This document shows positions 34,259 through 42,346 of a stretch of DNA of 64,000 nt, one piece after another. A program made the position numbers and the translations under genes. The DNA lies in the NCBI GenBank assembly GCA_030141605.1, contig JAQGDQ010002392.1:62001-126000 (forward strand), read 5' to 3'. The stretch is from Tubiluchus corallicola (Eukaryota > Animalia > Priapulida). Below the pieces are notes generated by a model, which searched no databases, was not told the DNA's origin, and worked only from the letters and a program-made list of their open reading frames with translations. Every line of letters starts with the position of its first letter. The first letter of the stretch is position 1.

Positions 34259-34936
34259 TTATTTCTTATCTCGTATTAGCACTTCATCTATCATACCATA
34301 TTTCTTAGCTTGTTCTGCTGTCATCCAATAATCTCTGTCAGCATCTTTCTCTACTTCCTTAAAAGGTTTTCCTGAGTGATAAGAAATAATTTCATACAAC
34401 TCCTTTTTTAGTTTTTGTATTTCCTTATGAGTAATTTCTATGTCCGAAGCCTGTCCTTGTATGCCTCCCATAGGTTGATGAATCATAACTCGCGAGTGTT
34501 TCAATGCCGAGCGTTTTCCCTTTTCTCCTGCACACAACAGTATAGCTCCCATAGAAGCGGCCATTCCTGTGCATATGGTAGCTACTTTCGAGCCTATATA
34601 TTGTATTGTATCATAAATAGCCAAGCCAGCATACACAGAACCTCCCGGAGTATTGAAATATATTTGGATATCCTTGGATGGATCGGCTGACTCTAAAAAC
34701 AACAATTGAGCTTGCACAATATTAGCTACATAATCATCTATTGGTAGTCCTAAAAATATAATTCGGTCCATCATCAGTCGTGAGAAAACATCCATACTTG
34801 CCACATTCAACTGACGCTCTTCTATGATAGTAGGCGAAATATAATTATTATAAACAGACTTATATTGCTCTAAAGTTAGGCTATTGATGCCCTTATGCTT
34901 AGTAGCATACTTACGAAACTCCTCATTCATGTTCAT
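34259..34936 (-). CDS. clpP: ATP-dependent Clp protease proteolytic subunit
   Basis: DVFSRLMMDRIIFLG, TPGGSVYAG, GMAASMG, MIHQP, DRDYWM. Confidence 0.97.
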   Translation of the reverse strand: MNMNEEFRKYATKHKGINSLTLEQYKSVYNNYISPTIIEERQLNVASMDVFSRLMMDRIIFLGLPIDDYVANIVQAQLLFLESADPSKDIQIYFNTPGGSVYAGLAIYDTIQYIGSKVATICTGMAASMGAILLCAGEKGKRSALKHSRVMIHQPMGGIQGQASDIEITHKEIQKLKKELYEIISYHSGKPFKEVEKDADRDYWMTAEQAKKYGMIDEVLIRDKK

Positions 34937-34958
34937 AATGGTTGTGATTTTTAAAAGT

Positions 34959-36326
34959 TTATGATTTTCCTTTATTATCTTTCTCTATTATTTTCTTAAA
35001 TTCTTCTACTGAAACCTTTTTATTTTTGATATTGGCTTCTTCCAACACTACTTTTGTTAGTTTATCTATCAGTAGCGTATTTTGTATTCTTTCTACATTT
35101 TGTTTTTGTTGAAGCTGCATATCAACATAGCTATTTAGCTCTTCGTCTGTAATGGGTCTTTCATTTTTAAGGTTCTTGAAATAAGCCAATATCTCTTTTT
35201 TGGCTTCAGTTCTTATTTCAGCTTCTTCTATCTTTATCTGTTTTTCCTCTACTATTTTTTTAGTAATAAGTTCCCATTTTAAATTTTGCAGGTAATCAGG
35301 CAGTATCTTATCTATATCCTCTTCTGTATCCTTTTCTTTTTTCATCAGCATCATTGAGCGTTTTATGAATGCCTCAGGTAATTGTATTTTCAAATTTTCA
35401 TCAAAATCCTGACGCATATCAAACAACAACTTGTTATTTGCTGCGGTGATATTATCTTTTTCTATTTCTGCTTTTACTTTTTCTTCAAATTCTTCGGGGG
35501 TTTTTATTTCAACTTCAGGGAATATATGCTTATATAGTTTCTCTCCCAGCTCTTGTGGCATAAGTTTACTTACCTTTTTAATAGCAAACTGTATTTTACC
35601 TTCAAACTCCTCTACCTCTTCTTTTTTCATTCTGGTAATATACGCCAGTTCTTGTGCAGGTATTTTTTTAGGTTCTAAAATAATAATTTCCCCTTTGCCC
35701 TTAGCCAATAGCAACGAGCTTTCTTTTTCCAACCTTTTAGGCTCTATTAAGGAGTTTTCTATTTGCTCTTTACCCTCAATAGGCTTGCTATCCTTATCCA
35801 AAAACACAACATTGCCATACACAAAATTGGTTTCTTCCTCTACCTTATCTATTTCCTTCAACTCGCCATTAGCTTTTTGGTATTGCTCCACCCTTTCCTT
35901 AACCAAGCTATCGTCTATTTTTATTTCGTAGTAGCTATACTTATTCTTCTTACTAAGCGGAAACTGCAAATCGGGTACCAGACCTATATTATAAGTAAAA
36001 TTAAATTCTTCTTGTTTTTCGAAATCTATTTTCTCTTGTCCATCGTCGTCAGGAAGAGGTTGTCCAAACATACCTATCTTGTTGTCCTCTATATACTTAG
36101 GAATTCCATCAGAAACAAGTTTGTCTATCGCACGAGCTATAACAGAGGTACGATACATTTTATTAATCATTCCCATTGGTACTTTGCCCTGCCTAAAACC
36201 TTTAAGGCTTGCTTTTCTTTTTATATCTTTTAGTTCCTTCTCCACATTGCCTTCATAGTCTTCTTTTTTTATTAATACTTGTAGCTTAGCATTTACTTCA
36301 TCTATATTGTTGAGGGTAATATCCAT
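34959..36326 (-). CDS. tig: Trigger factor
   Basis: Ribosome-binding signature KGFRQGKVPM, and position upstream of clpP-clpX. Confidence 0.92.
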   Translation of the reverse strand: MDITLNNIDEVNAKLQVLIKKEDYEGNVEKELKDIKRKASLKGFRQGKVPMGMINKMYRTSVIARAIDKLVSDGIPKYIEDNKIGMFGQPLPDDDGQEKIDFEKQEEFNFTYNIGLVPDLQFPLSKKNKYSYYEIKIDDSLVKERVEQYQKANGELKEIDKVEEETNFVYGNVVFLDKDSKPIEGKEQIENSLIEPKRLEKESSLLLAKGKGEIIILEPKKIPAQELAYITRMKKEEVEEFEGKIQFAIKKVSKLMPQELGEKLYKHIFPEVEIKTPEEFEEKVKAEIEKDNITAANNKLLFDMRQDFDENLKIQLPEAFIKRSMMLMKKEKDTEEDIDKILPDYLQNLKWELITKKIVEEKQIKIEEAEIRTEAKKEILAYFKNLKNERPITDEELNSYVDMQLQQKQNVERIQNTLLIDKLTKVVLEEANIKNKKVSVEEFKKIIEKDNKGKS

Positions 36327-36775
36327 TTAAAAAGAAATTTTTGTATATAATATAATTTGATGTTTGAAAAAATAAGAAAAAATGCAGATAAAGGAAACTC
36401 TCTCCCAATCGGCCTTGTAAATAAACTTTAATTATTTTCTTTTTTTATTCTTTTGATAAAATACCTGACCTTCTAAACAAAAAAATATTGTTCTGTAAAG
36501 TTTCTTAAATCTATTCCTGACAGATTAATTACTTCTTTCATTTCATTTGCTATTACAAAGTAAATAAAAATATATCAAACTAAGATATTTTTTTTGAACT
36601 AATAAGCAGCCTAAGAACATTGATAAGCAATTAAAAAAGGCTAAAAACTTAGAAGAAACCATTTTGGAGGCAAGAGCCAAAAAGAAAAGTATTGAAAAAA
36701 TAAGGCACTATATTTTTATAGTTGTCTTTTTGTTCCTATCTTTATTCTTTAAACTTTATAAGCTTATTAAGAAAA

Positions 36776-38422
36776 ATGACTTTAAACTATTCGAGATTAG
36801 AAGAGGAATTTCTAAATCTATACCAAACAGGCAAATACCAAGAAGCCATAGACCTATTAACCCAATGGATAAAACAAGAAGAGAAAAAAGAACAACCTAA
36901 CACCGAACACCTTGCAAAGGCTTACTACAACCGAGGAGTTATTTACGACAAACAAAAGAAAAATAAAGAAGCCTCACAAGGCTTCAACAAAGCTATAGAA
37001 CTTAACCCTAACTTCGCAGAGGCTTACTACAACCGAGGAGTTATATATGCCATACAAAACAAAAATAAAGAAGCCTTACAAGACTACAACAAAGCTATAG
37101 AACTTAACACTAACTACGCAAAGGCTTACAACAACCGAGGAACTATATATGCCATACAAAACAAGAACAAAGAAGCCTTACAAGACTTCAACAAAGCTAT
37201 AGAACTTAACCCTAACTACGCAGACGCTTACTACAACCGAGGAGTTATATATGCCAGACAAAACAAAAATAAAGAAGCCATACAAGACTATACCCAAGCC
37301 ATAAAAATTAACCCTAACTACGCAGAGGCTTACTATAGCCGAGGGGTTACATATGACAAACAAAACAAAAATAAAGAAGCCTTACAAGACTACAACAAAG
37401 CTATAGAACTTAACCCTAACGACGCAGAGGCTTACTACAACCGAGGAAATATATATGCCAGACAAGACCAAAATAAAGAAGCCTTACAAAACTACAAAAA
37501 AGCTATAGAAATTAACCCTAACTACGCAGAGGCTTACTACAGCCGAGGAGTTATTTACGACAAACAAAAGAAAAATGAACTAGCCTTACAAGACTTCAAC
37601 AAAGCTATAGAACTTAACACTAACCACGCAAAAGCTTACTACAACCGAGGATATACATATGCAGATTTAGGCAAGGAAGAGAAAGACCAGAAAAAAGTCA
37701 AAGAATACTACAAGAAAGCCTCACAAGACTACAAAAAGGCCATAAAATTAGGGGTAAGCCAACAGCAAAAAGCTCCCCCTGATGTGCTATACAAGTATTG
37801 CCCTATCAATCGCAATAGCTTAAAAAACTTAGCAGCAAAAACCATTTATATGGCAGACCCAAAAGGATTTAACGACCCCTTAGACTGTCCTATGCTTAAA
37901 GAAGCTGAAATAAGAAAGAATAAAGCATTCTACTCCGCATTGAAAGAGATAAGAGTATTTTCTTTGTCCGAAAGCAAAAGCAGTATACTAATGTGGAGTC
38001 ATTATGCACATTCGCACACAGGTATGTGCATAGGCTATAAGCTAAAAAGTTTTCTAAAAAGAAAAAATATAGGTATAAACAAAGTAGAATATAAATCGGA
38101 ATTAAAATACGACTATTCCTCTTTTGAGAAACTTTTACACAGCGGTTTCTTTACCAAATTTGAAGAATGGAGCTATGAGGAAGAATGGAGGCTATTAGCC
38201 CTTGCCCAATACTTAGAAGAAGAGCATTTCTTATCTTATGACCCCAAACCTGAACATATAGAAAGCATTACTTTTGGAATGAGAACCACAAAAAAAGACA
38301 TACTAATAGTGTATAACCAATTAAGAAATTACTCAAACGTAAAATACTACAAAGCCAAAACCTCCGAAGACAACATCTATAACCTAAATATAGAGAAAAT
38401 AGAACCAGAAACTACTAGCTAA
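36776..38422 (+). CDS. Tetratricopeptide-repeat protein with C-terminal DUF2971 domain
   Basis: Seven 34-aa TPRs (AEAYYNRG.IY......EA.QDYNKAIELNPN) plus an eighth variant. C-terminal LYKY, FNDPLDC, LMWSHYA.SHTGMCIGY, K.EEWSYEEEWR. Likely ATG at 36776. Confidence 0.85.
   Translation: MTLNYSRLEEEFLNLYQTGKYQEAIDLLTQWIKQEEKKEQPNTEHLAKAYYNRGVIYDKQKKNKEASQGFNKAIELNPNFAEAYYNRGVIYAIQNKNKEALQDYNKAIELNTNYAKAYNNRGTIYAIQNKNKEALQDFNKAIELNPNYADAYYNRGVIYARQNKNKEAIQDYTQAIKINPNYAEAYYSRGVTYDKQNKNKEALQDYNKAIELNPNDAEAYYNRGNIYARQDQNKEALQNYKKAIEINPNYAEAYYSRGVIYDKQKKNELALQDFNKAIELNTNHAKAYYNRGYTYADLGKEEKDQKKVKEYYKKASQDYKKAIKLGVSQQQKAPPDVLYKYCPINRNSLKNLAAKTIYMADPKGFNDPLDCPMLKEAEIRKNKAFYSALKEIRVFSLSESKSSILMWSHYAHSHTGMCIGYKLKSFLKRKNIGINKVEYKSELKYDYSSFEKLLHSGFFTKFEEWSYEEEWRLLALAQYLEEEHFLSYDPKPEHIESITFGMRTTKKDILIVYNQLRNYSNVKYYKAKTSEDNIYNLNIEKIEPETTS
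36914..37750 (+). repeat. Intragenic 102-bp tandem repeats (TPR array)
   Basis: Units start at 36914 and every 102 bp up to 37628, with near-identical DNA. Confidence 0.95.
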
Positions 38423-38641
38423 ACAACGAAAAAAAGACATCTGCTATTTTTTTAGTAGGCAAAAATAAATTGGGAGAAAGGAATAGGAAAGAATAAGGTT
38501 TTTGTTTCATCTAACTTTATATTTTAAAAAAATCATTAATTAAATTTGGAATACACCATTTCTAATACTACCTTTAAGTACATAGGTTAGAGACTTATAA
38601 TATAAAATTAAGTCTTTTTTATAAACTAAAATTTAGTTATT

Positions 38642-40264
38642 ATGAAAAATTTAGTTCTGTTTTTTAAAAATGTAAGCATATCTGTAATTCTGGCTGCTAT
38701 GCTATTTGCTGCTTGTTCTAAGGACATAGAACAACCCGAGCAAGAAAATATAAACACAGAATTGAAAAGCAATGTTTTTTTCTCTGTGCCAGATGCTAAC
38801 TTTAGAGCTGAGCTCAAAAAGATAGTTCCCAATGCTTTTACATCCGACGGTAACCTAATAACTAACCATAAAGAGTTATTAACTATTCAAAAGATGACTG
38901 TAGGTTCTCGTAATATTTCTTCTTTGGCGGGTATTGAGTTTTTTACAGCCTTAGAAGAACTAAGGTGCGATAGGAATCAACTCACGAGTTTGGATGTGAG
39001 TAAGAATACAGCCTTAGAGGAGCTAGATTGTCATAGCAATAGGCTCACGAGTTTATATCTGAGTAAAAATACAGCTTTGGAGGATTTGTCTTGCCATGAA
39101 AATAATCTCACGAGTTTGGATGTGAGTAAGAATACGGCTTTAGAGAGATTGTATGTAGATCCAGCTATAAAATGTGAACCTTCTATTGTAGTTATCAATC
39201 CTACTTATAGTTACTATTGGGATGGAAGTAAGTTTACTCGCTATTACCCTGCTAATGACTGCAATTTTTTCTGGGTACCAGATGGCAATTTTAGGGCAGA
39301 GCTCAAAAAGATAGTCCCCAATGCCTTCACCCCCAACGATATCCTGATAACAGACCACGCAGAGGTGTTGGCTCTTACTTCTATAAATGTATTATACCGT
39401 AAGAACATTTCTTCTTTGAAGGGCGTGGAGTTCTTTACGGCTTTAGAGAAATTGTATTGCGGTTACAACAAGCTCACAAGTTTGGATGTGAGTAAGAACA
39501 CGGCTTTAAAGAAGTTGAATTGCAGCGGCAACCAACTCACAAGTTTGGATGTAAGTAAGAATAAGGCTTTAAGGGATTTGAGTTGCAATAACAACAATCT
39601 CACGAGTTTGGATGTAAGTAAGAATAAGGCTTTAAGGGATTTGAGTTGCACTAGCAACAATCTCACGAGTTTGGATGTAAGTAAGAATAAGGCTTTAAGG
39701 GATTTGACTTGCACTAGCAACAATCTCACGAGTTTGAATGTGGGTAATAATACGGCTTTAAAGAATTTGTATTGCTATAGCAACAAGCTCAGGAGTTTGG
39801 ATGTGAGTGGGGCTACGGATTTAAGGTGGTTGAATTGCAGCGGCAACCAACTCACAAGTTTGGATGTGAGTGGGGCTACGGCTTTATGGGTGTTGTATTG
39901 CTATAACAACAACCTCAGGAGCTTGGATGTGAGTAAGAATACGGCTTTAGAGTGGTTGTATTGCTATAGGAACCAACTCAGGAGTTTGGATGTAAGTAAG
40001 AATACGGCTTTACAATATTTCTATTGCGATTACAACAATCTCACAAGTTTGGATCTGAATAAGAATACGGCCTTAGAGGCGTTGCGGTGCTATGAGAACA
40101 ACCTCCCGAGCTTGGATGTGAGTAAGAATAAGGTTTTAACTAGGTTGTGGGTAGATCAAGCTATAAAATGTGAGCCTTCTATTCAGAGAATAAATCCATA
40201 TAATTGTGAGTATTGGACTGGCAGTCATTCTATTCCCTATTCCCCAGCTAGGGACTGCCCTTAG
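38642..40264 (+). CDS. Leucine-rich-repeat lipoprotein (21-aa IRREKO/InlJ-type LRRs, two capped modules)
   Basis: Lipobox FAAC. Repeats L..L.C..N.LTSLDVSKNTA. Duplicated N-cap VPD.NFRAELKKIVPNAFT and C-cap VD.AIKCEPSI..INP....W.GS....Y.PA.DC. Confidence 0.9.
   Translation: MKNLVLFFKNVSISVILAAMLFAACSKDIEQPEQENINTELKSNVFFSVPDANFRAELKKIVPNAFTSDGNLITNHKELLTIQKMTVGSRNISSLAGIEFFTALEELRCDRNQLTSLDVSKNTALEELDCHSNRLTSLYLSKNTALEDLSCHENNLTSLDVSKNTALERLYVDPAIKCEPSIVVINPTYSYYWDGSKFTRYYPANDCNFFWVPDGNFRAELKKIVPNAFTPNDILITDHAEVLALTSINVLYRKNISSLKGVEFFTALEKLYCGYNKLTSLDVSKNTALKKLNCSGNQLTSLDVSKNKALRDLSCNNNNLTSLDVSKNKALRDLSCTSNNLTSLDVSKNKALRDLTCTSNNLTSLNVGNNTALKNLYCYSNKLRSLDVSGATDLRWLNCSGNQLTSLDVSGATALWVLYCYNNNLRSLDVSKNTALEWLYCYRNQLRSLDVSKNTALQYFYCDYNNLTSLDLNKNTALEALRCYENNLPSLDVSKNKVLTRLWVDQAIKCEPSIQRINPYNCEYWTGSHSIPYSPARDCP
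39437..40129 (+). repeat. Eleven intragenic 63-bp tandem repeats (LRR array, module 2)
   Basis: Consensus acggctttaNNNNNNttgNNNtgcNNNNNNaacNNNctcacgagtttggatgtgagtaagaat at 63-bp period. Confidence 0.95.
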
Positions 40265-40290
40265 TAAGATAAAAGAGTTGCGTTGTGTGG

Positions 40291-40601
40291 TAGGGCTTTT
40301 TTTAGTTTTTCAATATCAGTGATTGCTAATTCTGCAAAGCAGAACACAAGTACCCTTACAGGCTTTTGGTAGAAAAACTGCGAAAGGCGAAACGATTATA
40401 TCTTCTCACTATTTGAGCCTTTTGCAAAAAGGCGAGTTTTGAGAAGATAGCGAAGCTGATAGCATAGTTTTTTCATTCTTTACGCTCTTTTGTCTTGATA
40501 CAACCAAACGTAGCAAGCTCACAAGTACCATTGAAAAGAAAAAAGGCTTAGCACAACTGTATTTACAGCTGCGAAAAGCCTTGTATGCAAAAAAAGCCCT
40601 A
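40291..40601. repeat. ~310-bp non-coding element with inverted ends (MITE-like or dispersed repeat)
   Basis: tagggcttttttt (40291-40303) and aaaaaaagcccta (40589-40601) form a perfect 13-bp IR. There is an inner imperfect IR (tacaggcttttggtag / ctgcgaaaagccttgta), and an internal segment is shared with 32519-32695. Confidence 0.55.
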
Positions 40602-40643
40602 ATTATTTATCAATCAAACAATCAGAACTTACTTATAATCTTG

Positions 40644-40725
40644 TGCGGATGGAGGGACTCGAACCCACACGCCTTTCGGCACTAGATCCTAAGTCTAGCG
40701 CGGCTACCAATTACGCCACATCCGC
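40644..40725 (-). tRNA. tRNA-Leu (TAG)
   Basis: Reverse complement GCGGATGTGGCGTAATTGGTAGCCGCGCTAGACTTAGGATCTAGTGCCGAAAGGCGTGTGGGTTCGAGTCCCTCCATCCGCA. TAG anticodon and long variable arm. Confidence 0.97.
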
Positions 40726-40736
40726 ATAATCTTTTG

Positions 40737-40744
40737 CAAAGGTA
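40737..40744 (-). promoter_or_regulatory. Bacteroidota -7 promoter element (TACCTTTG) for tRNA-Leu
   Basis: TAnnTTTG consensus about 12 nt upstream of the tRNA. Confidence 0.7.
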
Positions 40745-40783
40745 AAATTTTTCTATTAAAATTGAAAAATTTTATTGCTGTTT

Positions 40784-41509
40784 TTACTCATTAAGTTTAA
40801 AGTTTTGTCCAAGATATACTCGTCTTACATGTTCATCCTCCGAAAGTTCCTTGGCAGTACCTGATTTTAGTATCTTACCTTCATAAAGCAGGTAAGACCT
40901 ATTAGTTATTTTCAAGGTTTCGTGAACATTATGGTCGGTAATAAGTATTCCTATATTTTTATCTTTCAGTTTATAGACTATTTTCTGAATATCTTCTATG
41001 GCAATGGGGTCTACTCCTGCAAATGGCTCGTCCAACAAGATAAATTTAGGGTTGATGGCCAGAGACCTTGCAATTTCTGTTCTTCTTCTTTCACCTCCCG
41101 AGAGTTGGTCGCCATTATTATGTCTTATTTTGTTCAAACCAAACTCTTCTAACAACTCTTCTAATCGCTCCTCCTGATATTCTTTTGAGAACTTAGTCAT
41201 CTCCAGCACAGCTTTAATATTGTCCTCTACTGATAGTTTCCTAAATACTGAGGCTTCTTGTGCTAAGTAGCCCACTCCTTTTTGTGCTCTTTTATACATA
41301 GCATCTTTGGTAATTTCTTGGTCGTCCAAAAATATTTTACCCCCATCTGGTTTTATTAAACCTACTATCATATAAAAAGATGTTGTTTTTCCTGCTCCAT
41401 TAGGACCAAGTAGACCTACTATCTCGCCCTGCTCCACACTGATAGATACATTATTAACTACTGTGCGAGCTTTGTATTTCTTCACTAAGTGTTTGGAATA
41501 TAGCTTCAC
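40784..41509 (-). CDS. lptB: LPS export ABC transporter ATP-binding protein
   Basis: [66 protein letters not shown] start. Confidence 0.95.
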   Translation of the reverse strand: MKLYSKHLVKKYKARTVVNNVSISVEQGEIVGLLGPNGAGKTTSFYMIVGLIKPDGGKIFLDDQEITKDAMYKRAQKGVGYLAQEASVFRKLSVEDNIKAVLEMTKFSKEYQEERLEELLEEFGLNKIRHNNGDQLSGGERRRTEIARSLAINPKFILLDEPFAGVDPIAIEDIQKIVYKLKDKNIGILITDHNVHETLKITNRSYLLYEGKILKSGTAKELSEDEHVRRVYLGQNFKLNE

Positions 41510-41582
41510 CTTACTTGTTTAAAAAAAATAATAATGCAAAGGTAATGTTATTTTTTAATAAAATTTATCTTGAAGGAACCCT

Positions 41583-42260
41583 TCAATTACCTTTCTTCTC
41601 ATAAAATTTCTTAATCAACCCATCAGGGTTTTTCACCGTCTGTTGTATCCACCTTATTAGCGTAGCAATTTGTTCTTCCTCTGGCAACTGCCATTTGATA
41701 TTGCTCTTACGTAATTTTTTCATCAAAGAATAAAATACAATAGCTGCGGATACTGATATATTAAAACTTTCAGAAAAACCATACATTGGTACCTTAACAA
41801 GCTGGTCGGCATTTTGCACAACCACATCAGACACGCCTGTCATTTCTGTGCCAAACACCAAAGCCAACTTAGCTTTCGAGAGGTCTAAGTCCTCCAAAGT
41901 GTTATCTGTATATGGCGTAGTGGCTATGATGCGGTAATTCTTTTCTTTTAAATAACTGATAGTTTCTAATGTATTATGCTCCTTCTGGTTGTAATAGTAT
42001 AGATTCAACCATTTAGAAGAGCCAAGAGCTACATCAGGGTTAATATTGTATTTGTTTTTGTTTTCAATAATATGCACGTCTTGTATTCCAAAACAATCGC
42101 ACGAACGAAGCACGGCACTGGCATTGTGCGGTTGGTAAATATCCTCTAATACAGTGCAAATATAGGAAGTACGCTGTGTTATTATTTTCTGAAACCTGTT
42201 TAGTCTTTCAGGAGTAATAAATTTTTTCAAATAATTATATAGTTCAATATTGCTGTCCAT
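41583..42260 (-). CDS. TrmH/SpoU family RNA methyltransferase
   Basis: LEDIYQPHNASAVLRSCDCFG, FGTEMTGVS, PMYGFSESFNISVSAAI. Confidence 0.9.
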   Translation of the reverse strand: MDSNIELYNYLKKFITPERLNRFQKIITQRTSYICTVLEDIYQPHNASAVLRSCDCFGIQDVHIIENKNKYNINPDVALGSSKWLNLYYYNQKEHNTLETISYLKEKNYRIIATTPYTDNTLEDLDLSKAKLALVFGTEMTGVSDVVVQNADQLVKVPMYGFSESFNISVSAAIVFYSLMKKLRKSNIKWQLPEEEQIATLIRWIQQTVKNPDGLIKKFYEKKGN

Positions 42261-42346
42261 AACTACTGTTTTAAAAAAGCTCTAAATACAAGTTCTGTTT
42301 AAGCTCTACTGTTGTAAATAGTGCTTTTGGGGACTTGTCTTTTTGT

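Larger units (their letters stand above)
36383..40660. mobile_element. Small integrase-less genomic island at the tRNA-Leu 3' end
   Basis: tgcagataaaggaaactc (36383-36400) resembles the tRNA-Leu 3' end tgcggatggagggactc (40644-40660). Two cargo genes on the opposite strand separate tRNA-Leu from tig. Confidence 0.55.

Noticed and set aside
13499-35931. Numerous 60-180 aa ORFs antisense to sucAB, lpdA, the adhesin, clpX/P and tig
   Set aside because: Shadow ORFs of long coding genes with no recognisable motifs.
36914-40129. 102-bp and 63-bp periodic repeats as a CRISPR array
   Set aside because: The units are multiples of 3 inside open frames encoding TPR and LRR motifs. There are no unique spacers and no cas genes.
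36300-40700. A complete diversity-generating retroelement
   Set aside because: No reverse transcriptase, Avd or separate template repeat is visible in the window. Only the substitution pattern is suggestive.
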